Below are positions 29,416 to 35,943 of a DNA stretch of 39,573 nt, one piece after another. The notes beneath the pieces were generated by a model. That model was not told the origin of the DNA. It saw only the letters and a program-made list of their open reading frames with translations, and ran no database searches. Origin of the DNA: an uncultured Bacillota bacterium (lineage in GTDB: Bacteria; Bacillota; Clostridia; Christensenellales; UBA1242); NCBI GenBank assembly GCA_900545735.1, contig URAC01000002.1, forward strand, positions 1 through 39,573, written 5' to 3'. A program made the position numbers and the translations under genes. The stretch's first letter is position 1; every line of letters begins with the position of its first letter.

Positions 29416-30258
29416 AAAGTGTGCCTCGATGCGGCTGATTATGAAATACATTCCTCCAGCGAGCAAGCAAAGGATAACAGTGCTTGTCATAACAAGATCC
29501 AATTTAAAAACGGTTCCGCCATATACAATCAAATATCCAAGACCTGCTTTTGAAACTAGATATTCGCCCATAATTGTGCCAATCCAACTCATTCCAACAT
29601 TGATTTTTAAAACTGAAATAAAGTCTGGCATAGAGTTTGGAACAATCAGTTTAAAGAAAATTTGATACTTTTTAGCGTTCATAGATTTCATCAGCAAGAT
29701 TTTATCTTTATCACAAGACAGGAACGAACCTAATAGGCTCAATGTTGTTACAATTACGCAAATTAATATGCACATCACAATAATTGCTTTTGTGCCAGCA
29801 CCAACCCAAATGATAATCAAAGGCCCAAGTGCAATTTTTGGCAAACTGTTTAAAACAACAATATAAGGCTCTAAAACCTTTTTTAATTTGTCGCTCCACC
29901 ATAGCAACACGGCAAGAATATATCCAAGAGCTGTTGCCAAGATAAAGCCAATAATTGTTTCATAAAGCGTTATGCCAATATGGGTGAACAATTCTCCTGA
30001 AACATACAATCTCCGCACTGTTTCTATCATTCTAGAAGGGGAACTTACAAAGAATGGGTCCAAAATTCCCCATCTAGTAAATAATTCCCAAACTACGAAA
30101 ATTGCAACTAAAATCAAAATTTGGATTGCTCTAATAATCCATTTTTCGCTCTCTATCTTTTTTAAATATTTTTTATGTTCTTGAGAATAATTAGAATATT
30201 TTAGCTTTTTTTCTTTCAATTTGCGTTTGATATTGAAAAACTCAAAAAATTTCTTCAT
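29407..30258 (-). CDS. ABC transporter permease, NitT/TauT (SsuC/TauC-like) family
   Basis: 283 aa, multi-TM, with a family-typical ...LNSLPKIALGPLIIIWVGAG... segment. AAGGAG SD lies in the 11-nt gap after the ATPase gene. Confidence 0.8.
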   Translation of the reverse strand: MKKFFEFFNIKRKLKEKKLKYSNYSQEHKKYLKKIESEKWIIRAIQILILVAIFVVWELFTRWGILDPFFVSSPSRMIETVRRLYVSGELFTHIGITLYETIIGFILATALGYILAVLLWWSDKLKKVLEPYIVVLNSLPKIALGPLIIIWVGAGTKAIIVMCILICVIVTTLSLLGSFLSCDKDKILLMKSMNAKKYQIFFKLIVPNSMPDFISVLKINVGMSWIGTIMGEYLVSKAGLGYLIVYGGTVFKLDLVMTSTVILCLLAGGMYFIISRIEAHFKK

Positions 30259-30269
30259 ATGCGCTCCTT

Positions 30270-31097
30270 TTAACCATTATCATAAATGACAAGTTCTTTC
30301 CAAATTTCATCGAAATAGTCGTGCGCCTTTTTGCTTTCGCGTCTTTTTAATGGCGAGCCATATTCTTTTAAATCAATCTCAACAATCTTTTTCACTGTTC
30401 CTGGCCTTGTAGAAAGGATAATCACTCTATCTGCCATACTAACTGCTTCAGATATGTCGTGGGTTACTAAAACAGCAGTCTTCTTTTCGTTGCTAATGAT
30501 TTCAGAAACATTGTCGCAAACATTCAATCTTGTTTGAAAATCTAGCGCAGAAAAAGGCTCGTCCAAAAGCAAAATTTTTGGATTTAAAGCAAGCGTTCTT
30601 ATAAGTGCAACGCGTTGGCGCATTCCTCCAGAAAGTTCCGTTGGCTTGCTATTTTTGAAATTTCCTAGCCCATATTTATCAATCAAATTTGATACGCGAT
30701 TTAATAGTTCGGTATCTTTTTTCTTCTTTTGAATTTCAATTCCGATGGTCACATTTTTCCAAATCGTTCTCCAATCAAAAAGTTGGTCGCGTTGAAACAT
30801 ATATCCGATATCAACATCTTTGCTTTTCTTTTTCTCGTTGATATCTTTTCCATCTAAGTATATGTGTCCAGTGCTTGGCTGTAAAATGCCCGCTATAAGC
30901 GATAGAATTGTTGTTTTTCCACAACCAGACGGTCCAACAATCGCAACAAATTCCTTTTCGTAGACAGAAAAGTTAATATCTTTTAAAGCGAGCGTTTCAC
31001 CATCTTTTGTGTGATATGTCAAACTCACATTTTCAAATTTAAGCACTTCTTTTTTGTCATTTGTGTTTTCTTTAATTTCTTTTCCTTCCTTTTCCAT
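30270..31097 (-). CDS. ABC transporter ATP-binding protein, NitT/TauT family
   Basis: Walker A GPSGCGKTT, signature LSGGMRQRVALIRTLA, Walker B LLLDEPFSALD, H-loop VTHD. The QRDQLFDWRTIWKNV segment is typical of SsuB/TauB-like ATPases. Confidence 0.9.
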   Translation of the reverse strand: MEKEGKEIKENTNDKKEVLKFENVSLTYHTKDGETLALKDINFSVYEKEFVAIVGPSGCGKTTILSLIAGILQPSTGHIYLDGKDINEKKKSKDVDIGYMFQRDQLFDWRTIWKNVTIGIEIQKKKKDTELLNRVSNLIDKYGLGNFKNSKPTELSGGMRQRVALIRTLALNPKILLLDEPFSALDFQTRLNVCDNVSEIISNEKKTAVLVTHDISEAVSMADRVIILSTRPGTVKKIVEIDLKEYGSPLKRRESKKAHDYFDEIWKELVIYDNG

Positions 31098-31241
31098 ATA
31101 TTTTTTCCTAAATTATTTTAATCTTTTTATCTTTAGCATAGGTTTCCCTATATCATTTTATAAAGGATAGAATAAAAATGTTAAATGCGGAGAGTATCAA
31201 AAATTTACAATAAAACATACAATGAATTACAACGGAGGAAG

Positions 31242-31313
31242 TATGAAAATTATTTGCATCAAACTACCTAAATTTTTGTCATTTTTGTTAAGACCTTTTG
31301 TTAAAAAAGATTA
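31242..31313 (+). CDS. Candidate 23-aa small ORF (MKIICIKLPKFLSFLLRPFVKKD); speculative
   Basis: GGAGGAAG SD ends 1-4 nt upstream of the ATG (short spacing). The peptide is hydrophobic and basic, the stop is TAA, and it lies 30 nt upstream of the next gene, which has no SD of its own. Confidence 0.3.
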
Positions 31314-31343
31314 AAAACAATTTAGTTGTCAAAAATCATACAT

Positions 31344-32771
31344 ATGAAAATTTTGCTAATAGGCGCAGGAGCGATTGTTTGCCTAATTTTAACAATTTTA
31401 AAATTTAGAATTGGCAAAAAGAAAAAAACAATAAATTTCAATGCGGCAAAAATTAAAAGCCGTAAGTTTTTATTTTTAAAAGGCAAGGAAAATTTAATCA
31501 TAAATGAAATTTTAAATAAATTGTTTAATAATGCACCAGCAAATTATTCTCTTACAATAGATTTTAACAAATTGAAAAATTCAGGGCTTTTTGATGGCAG
31601 ATGTGTTTACAAAATTTATGTTGACAAATTGGATATTGAAAGCACCAAACAACTTTTTGTTTTAAATAAACTTTGCAAAGAGTTAAATTTTAACGCCGTT
31701 GCACTTTGCAAAGAGGTTCAAATTCAAAATTCAATTTGCCAAAAATTTAATAATTTAAAATGTTTAAACTTGAATGAAATAAATCCAAAGTTGCTTTTTG
31801 AATTGAACAAAATAAACATAAACTATAATTCAAAAAATCAAAAATGTGAAGAAGGTATTTTTATCGACAATAACAAAGTAGATAATTATTTCTTAAAGAA
31901 TTTAAGACTTGAAAGCAAATGTGTTTTACAAGATTGTGATGTTGAATGTTATAAATTGCTTGATGTGAAAAATCAACAATCAATTTTTAGTAGTTTAGAT
32001 TTTGATATTAACCAACTAATCGAAATAAAGAATGTCAAAAACAAAAGCATTCTTTTAAATATGACATTTAATAAAGAGTTAAAAAATGAATTTGCAAATC
32101 TGACAAAAAAAGATAATTGCTTGACAATCAATTATTTTAATGGAGAAATAGAAAAATTGTATTTTTCAAACAATAATTTCCAATTTTGCATTAAAAAATA
32201 TGAAAAAAGAGCGTTTTTGAGCATCATTTTTGAAAAAATTAAAATTTTAAGCAATTCATATTTATTGATGAGCATATATTCAAATGAGCAAAAAATTGAC
32301 AATCTAAAAAATTTGTTAGCGCAAAATTATATAAATTTATCAAAAATCTTCGATATCAACTTTTATTGTGAGTATAAAAAATTAAACATTTTGATGAACG
32401 AAAAACTTAAAGAAATTTATTGCAGACATTATTTTCAAATAGACAAGGACAAGCCTGTTTCTTATGATAAGTTGGAAAGGGTTGAACAAATTATCAAATT
32501 GCCAAATCAAAAAATATTTTCATTTTGTTTTGCAAAATTTTTCATTGAGAAATTTTTGGGCATAAAGCAGTTGAACGGATTTTTGAAAATTTTGCCGAAA
32601 TCGGACATTAAGAGCTTTAGTTTTAAAATCAACTTTAATAAAAAAATCTACAATATAAAATATGAAAAAAACAAACAACATTTTGTTAGGTTTGGCGGTC
32701 TTGAATTTGTGAATTTAGACAATGTAAATTTAAAATATATTTATGAAAATGATATAACATTTTGCGGATAA
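31344..32771 (+). CDS. Hypothetical membrane-anchored protein (475 aa from ATG 31344), Asn/Lys/Ile-rich, no recognisable domain
   Basis: Long ORF with an N-terminal TM helix (MKILLIGAGAIVCLILTIL) and a KKKK stop-transfer. I prefer the ATG at 31344 to the TTG at 31326 in the ORF track; neither has an SD. Confidence 0.7.
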   Translation: MKILLIGAGAIVCLILTILKFRIGKKKKTINFNAAKIKSRKFLFLKGKENLIINEILNKLFNNAPANYSLTIDFNKLKNSGLFDGRCVYKIYVDKLDIESTKQLFVLNKLCKELNFNAVALCKEVQIQNSICQKFNNLKCLNLNEINPKLLFELNKININYNSKNQKCEEGIFIDNNKVDNYFLKNLRLESKCVLQDCDVECYKLLDVKNQQSIFSSLDFDINQLIEIKNVKNKSILLNMTFNKELKNEFANLTKKDNCLTINYFNGEIEKLYFSNNNFQFCIKKYEKRAFLSIIFEKIKILSNSYLLMSIYSNEQKIDNLKNLLAQNYINLSKIFDINFYCEYKKLNILMNEKLKEIYCRHYFQIDKDKPVSYDKLERVEQIIKLPNQKIFSFCFAKFFIEKFLGIKQLNGFLKILPKSDIKSFSFKINFNKKIYNIKYEKNKQHFVRFGGLEFVNLDNVNLKYIYENDITFCG

Positions 32772-32780
32772 TGTTCAATG

Positions 32781-32789
32781 TGATATAAT
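32781..32789 (+). promoter_or_regulatory. Extended -10 promoter element TGATATAAT immediately upstream of rarA
   Basis: TG-n-TATAAT at 32781-32789. The last T of the -10 is 7 nt from the A of the rarA ATG (32796), and there is no SD between them. Confidence 0.45.
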
Positions 32790-32795
32790 AACTAT

Positions 32796-34064
32796 ATGGA
32801 AGATTTTAATTCAAAGAGAGTGCCACTTGCAGAAAGAATGAGACCGACAAGTTTTGAAGAATTTGTTGGGCAAGAACATATTGCAAGAAAGGGCAGTTTG
32901 TTTAGAAGAGCAATAGAGACTGGAACGCTTGGCAGTGCCATCTTTTTTGGACCTCCTGGAACTGGGAAGACCACGCTTGCGAATATAATTTCAAATTTAG
33001 ATAATGGCATATTTAAAAAATTAAACGCAGTTTCAAGCGGCGTGGCAGATGCAAAAAAGATTATAGAAGAAGCAAAGAAAGATAAATCTTTGTTTTCTAG
33101 GCAAACATATTTATTGTTAGATGAATGCCATAGATGGAGCAAGGCGCAAAGCGATTGCATTTTGGCGGCTGTTGAAGATGGCACTATTGTTTTTATAGGA
33201 ACAACAACAGAAAATCCTTATCATAGTATGACGCCGGCGATTGTTTCGCGTTCTAAAGTGTTTGAATTTAAACCGCTTGAAAAGGAAGATATCAAAAAAG
33301 CACTTGTGCGAGCAATAAACGATAAAGAAAAAGGGCTTGGTCAATTTAATGTCAAGATTTCAGATGAAGCTTTAAATCATTTAGCGTGGGCTGCAGGCGG
33401 AGATTTGCGCTCAGCCTATACTTCTTTGGAACTTGCAACTTTAACAACTAAGCCAAACGAAAATGGCGAAATAGTGATAGATATTTCAGTTGCAGAGGAT
33501 TGCGTCCAGCAGAAAGCCTTTTCTTTAGATGAAACAAAATATTATGACTATTTAAGCGCTTTTTGTAAATCCATTAGGGGAAGCGACCCTGATGCAGCGC
33601 TATTTTATAGTTCTCGCTTGATTGAAGCGGGCGTAGACCCACAAATCATTGCAAGGCGACTTATTGCTCATTGTTCTGAAGATATCGGAATGGCAGATAG
33701 CAACGCATTGCTTCTCGCAACTTGCGCATTATATTCAATTAAAAATTTAGGCGTGCCAGAAGCATTGCTTAACTTGTCGCACGCAATCGTGTATGCTTGC
33801 ACGGCAGAAAAGTCAAATTCTGTTTATCTTGCAATGAGCAAGGCGCAAAATGCTGCCAAAAACTTTCCAGATGCTGAAGCACCTTTCCATTTAAGAAATC
33901 ATCCTTCAATAAATGACAATAAAAAAATAAAATATAAATATCCGCACGATTATGGCGGTTGGGTTAAGCAACAATATTTGCCAGATGAATTGAAAAACGA
34001 AAGGTTTTATATTCCATCTCAAAACGGCAAAGAAAAGAATTTGAAATTAAAAAAAGACAACTAA
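32796..34064 (+). CDS. rarA: Replication-associated recombination protein A (AAA+ ATPase, RarA/MgsA/YrvN family)
   Basis: Has PLAERMRPTSFEEFVGQEHI, Walker A GPPGTGKTTLA, Walker B LLLDECHRWSK and the C-terminal MgsA-type region (DYLSAFCKSIRGSDPDAALFY...RRL...EDIG). 422 aa. Confidence 0.93.
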   Translation: MEDFNSKRVPLAERMRPTSFEEFVGQEHIARKGSLFRRAIETGTLGSAIFFGPPGTGKTTLANIISNLDNGIFKKLNAVSSGVADAKKIIEEAKKDKSLFSRQTYLLLDECHRWSKAQSDCILAAVEDGTIVFIGTTTENPYHSMTPAIVSRSKVFEFKPLEKEDIKKALVRAINDKEKGLGQFNVKISDEALNHLAWAAGGDLRSAYTSLELATLTTKPNENGEIVIDISVAEDCVQQKAFSLDETKYYDYLSAFCKSIRGSDPDAALFYSSRLIEAGVDPQIIARRLIAHCSEDIGMADSNALLLATCALYSIKNLGVPEALLNLSHAIVYACTAEKSNSVYLAMSKAQNAAKNFPDAEAPFHLRNHPSINDNKKIKYKYPHDYGGWVKQQYLPDELKNERFYIPSQNGKEKNLKLKKDN

Positions 34065-34077
34065 TTAATAGTTGTCT
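34055..34077 (-). terminator. Weak hairpin spanning the abutting stop codons of rarA and the convergent HEPN-CBS gene; followed by a T-run only on the minus strand
   Basis: AGACAACTA / TAGTTGTCT 9-bp stem with loop ATTAA. The plus-strand A6 at 34050-34055 reads as T6 after the hairpin on the minus strand (its proximal base is also the first stem base, so about 5 unpaired T). The stem is AT-rich and therefore weak. Confidence 0.3.
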
Positions 34078-34781
34078 AAAATATTGTTCATTATAATTAC
34101 ATCACTGGCAGTAACAATTCCAAGCGGAATTTCCTTAATATTGCCAGTTTTTGTTATTAAAACAGCAATAAGTTTTCTGTTTGAGTAAAATTGATTTAAA
34201 ACTTTTTCAATCGTGGCGTTCATATCCACAACTTCATAATATTTAGATGTTGTTTCTGGCTTTATGATTTCTTCCACCAAAGTGTTGTTTATGTATTCAT
34301 CAACATTTTCGTGCCTTTCTATCGCTTTGCCAATTTCATCAAGTATTCTTTGACCATTTGCAATTCCAATCAAGCCGCCATCTTTATAAATAGGAATGTT
34401 GCTAAATTCAGATGTTGAAATCAATTCAATCACGTCAATAAGTTTGATGTCGCTTTGTGCGCACAATACATCTTTGTGACAAATAACATCAAGTGCCTTT
34501 GGTGGGGTTTTGATTGCATCTGCAATTTTTTCAATTTTCTCAACTATTTCAATATGCGGTTCAGCAATTATGTAATCTTCATTGCCGCCGTGAATAATTG
34601 CATTTCTTAGCCTTCCAAAATCGATTAAATCGTCTTCATATTTTCTAACTAAATAATTGAGCGGGACGGCTCTTCTAATTAGGTCTGAAAAACTCATACT
34701 TCTTTTAAAATTGTGTTGAACTCTAATCGCATAATCAATAGTGTTATATGCGTTGATAAATCTGCGCGCGTTGCTTTCCAT
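34065..34781 (-). CDS. Putative HEPN-like (R-x4-H motif) N-terminal domain fused to a CBS-domain pair, 238 aa
   Basis: AGGAG SD lies 7 nt upstream. N-terminal ~95 aa are probably helical and contain FGRLRNAIIHG (R59-x4-H64, nt 34590-34607). The C-terminal ~140 aa show a CBS-pair pattern (…SNIPIYKDGGLIGIANGQRILDEI… and …LIAVLITKTGNIKEIPLGIVTASDVI…). Confidence 0.75.
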   Translation of the reverse strand: MESNARRFINAYNTIDYAIRVQHNFKRSMSFSDLIRRAVPLNYLVRKYEDDLIDFGRLRNAIIHGGNEDYIIAEPHIEIVEKIEKIADAIKTPPKALDVICHKDVLCAQSDIKLIDVIELISTSEFSNIPIYKDGGLIGIANGQRILDEIGKAIERHENVDEYINNTLVEEIIKPETTSKYYEVVDMNATIEKVLNQFYSNRKLIAVLITKTGNIKEIPLGIVTASDVIIMNNILDNY

Positions 34782-34798
34782 AAATTGCTCCTAATATT

Positions 34799-34826
34799 AG
34801 TTTACACATTTTATGAAAAATATCAA
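34799..34826 (-). promoter_or_regulatory. Candidate promoter of the HEPN-CBS gene (TTGATA-16-TAAACT on the minus strand)
   Basis: -35 at 34821-34826 and -10 at 34799-34804 (plus-strand coordinates), placed suitably upstream of the SD. Confidence 0.4.
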
Positions 34827-34871
34827 AAGATAATTGAGTTTTTTTAATATAAAATTAATTTGTCAAAACTG

Positions 34872-34900
34872 TTGATTTTTTTTTCGAATTAAAATATAAT
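34872..34900 (+). promoter_or_regulatory. Near-consensus sigma-A promoter TTGATT-17-TATAAT for the SRP RNA / tRNA-Arg unit
   Basis: -35 at 34872-34877, exact 17-nt spacer, -10 TATAAT at 34895-34900. The predicted start (~34907) coincides with the first base of the SRP RNA closing helix. Confidence 0.75.
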
Positions 34901-34906
34901 ACTATC

Positions 34907-35174
34907 GTTGCACTAGGCGGGGAGTTAGCGGTGCCCTGAACTTGCAATCCGCTATAGCAAGGTTGAATGGTTGGTGCGGCGGTTAAAAGTTTTTGGATGA
35001 ATTTTATTTTTTTATGATGAAATCAAGGTCTTATGCAATATTTTGTTGTGAACCATGTGAGGTCCTGACGGAAGCAACATTAAGCAAATGTAAATATGTG
35101 ATGTAAGGAAACTTTGGTGGAGTAGAAGGGTAGAGTGGCTCATTAGTTTTTGCCGACAAGCCAACCTGTGCAAT
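34907..35174 (+). ncRNA. ffs: Signal recognition particle RNA, long Bacillus type (~268 nt, with Alu domain)
   Basis: GGTGCCCTGAACTTGCAATCCGCTATAGCAAGG resembles the B. subtilis scRNA Alu-domain sequence as I recall it. GAACCATGTGAGGTCCTGACGGAAGCAACATTAAGC carries the conserved helix-8 GGAA/AGCA core. The terminal helix TTGCAC (34908-13) pairs with GTGCAA (35168-73). Confidence 0.9.
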
Positions 35175-35176
35175 GT

Positions 35177-35251
35177 GTTCCCATAGTTAAACGGATATAA
35201 CATTCCCCTCCTAAGGGAAAATTAGGGGTTCGATTCCCTTTGGGAACGCCA
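35177..35251 (+). tRNA. tRNA-Arg (anticodon CCT), CCA encoded
   Basis: Folds as a cloverleaf by hand: acceptor GTTCCCA/TGGGAAC, D stem GTTA/TAAC with a GG loop, anticodon stem TTCCC/GGGAA with loop CTCCTAA, T arm AGGGG-TTCGATT-CCCTT, discriminator G, then CCA. 75 nt. Confidence 0.92.
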
Positions 35252-35262
35252 AGCACTTGCGG

Positions 35263-35296
35263 ACGGAGAACAGAAATGTTCTCCGTTTGTTTTTTT
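35263..35296 (+). terminator. Rho-independent terminator after tRNA-Arg
   Basis: 10-bp stem ACGGAGAACA / TGTTCTCCGT with GAAA loop, followed by TTGTTTTTTT. Confidence 0.85.
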
Positions 35297-35409
35297 AAAA
35301 AAAACAAGCGGGAAAATTCCCGCCCGCAAGTGCGGGGTATAAGTAATTAGCAAGTTAAAAGAAACGACGCAAGTAGACGCGGCAGCACAACCGCTAGAAT
35401 TATAAAATG

Positions 35410-35433
35410 TCGAGCTTTTGGCTCGATTTTTTT
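35410..35433 (+). terminator. Second terminator-like hairpin in the intergenic island
   Basis: TCGAGC-TTTTG-GCTCGA followed by T7. No obvious transcript is assigned to it. Confidence 0.45.
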
Positions 35434-35613
35434 ATAACTTTTGCTTAAATAAAAAGCGGCAATCCCACAAAAGATTTGAGCGGAAAAAGTTTGCAAAATA
35501 AGAGGCGGCGAGGCCGCAAAAAAATGCAGCGCTCTTTCGCTCGCAATTTTTGCTATTTTTAAAATATTAATTTTATAAATTATTTGTTCATATACATAAT
35601 GTTGAAGGGAATT

Positions 35614-35883
35614 ATGAAATTTAGCAAATTATTTGTTTATTTTAATGTCAACAATTCAAACAAGATTAAAATTTTGTATGGTGTTTCTGATGATTTTTCT
35701 GTTTTAAATTTTTTAGATAACATTGCAGAATTAGATAATTATTGTGGCTTTTCTTTTGAAAATAAACCGCTGACCAAAGAAGAATATTTTTTAGTTCTAA
35801 ACAAAAAAATTAAGTATTGTAATTGCATTGAAAAAGTTAAATCTGATTATGCGCAAAATTATGAATCAAGTTTAGATTTTTAG
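35614..35883 (+). CDS. Hypothetical protein, 89 aa
   Basis: ORF with a GAAGGGA SD-like site upstream of the ATG at 35614 (preferred to the TTG at 35584), TAG stop, no recognisable motif. A possible TTGCTA-17-TTATAA promoter lies at 35550-35578. Confidence 0.5.
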   Translation: MKFSKLFVYFNVNNSNKIKILYGVSDDFSVLNFLDNIAELDNYCGFSFENKPLTKEEYFLVLNKKIKYCNCIEKVKSDYAQNYESSLDF

Positions 35884-35893
35884 TAAAAATTGT

Positions 35894-35922
35894 TTTACAT
35901 TTTTATTGCTCAAAGTTATAAT
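35894..35922 (+). promoter_or_regulatory. Promoter TTTACA-17-TATAAT upstream of the MscS gene
   Basis: -35 at 35894-35899, 17-nt spacer, -10 at 35917-35922. AGGAG SD at 35934-35938. Confidence 0.6.
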
Positions 35923-35943
35923 AACAATATATTAGGAGTTATT

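Noticed and set aside
31098-31241. A possible riboswitch or structured leader upstream of the ABC transporter operon.
   Set aside because: The region between the likely promoter and the ATPase start is short and AT-rich. It has no conserved riboswitch core that I can recognise, such as a B12 box, a TPP-type CTGAGA motif or a T-box.
32792-33184. A 130-aa antisense ORF opposite rarA. The same applies to 29390-29665 opposite the permease and 30331-30537 opposite the ATPase.
   Set aside because: The sense strands encode unmistakable RarA and ABC motifs. The antisense ORFs have no SD and no recognisable content.
35012-35203. A 63-aa minus-strand ORF in the ORF track.
   Set aside because: It lies entirely within the SRP RNA and tRNA-Arg genes, where the RNA assignments are much better supported.
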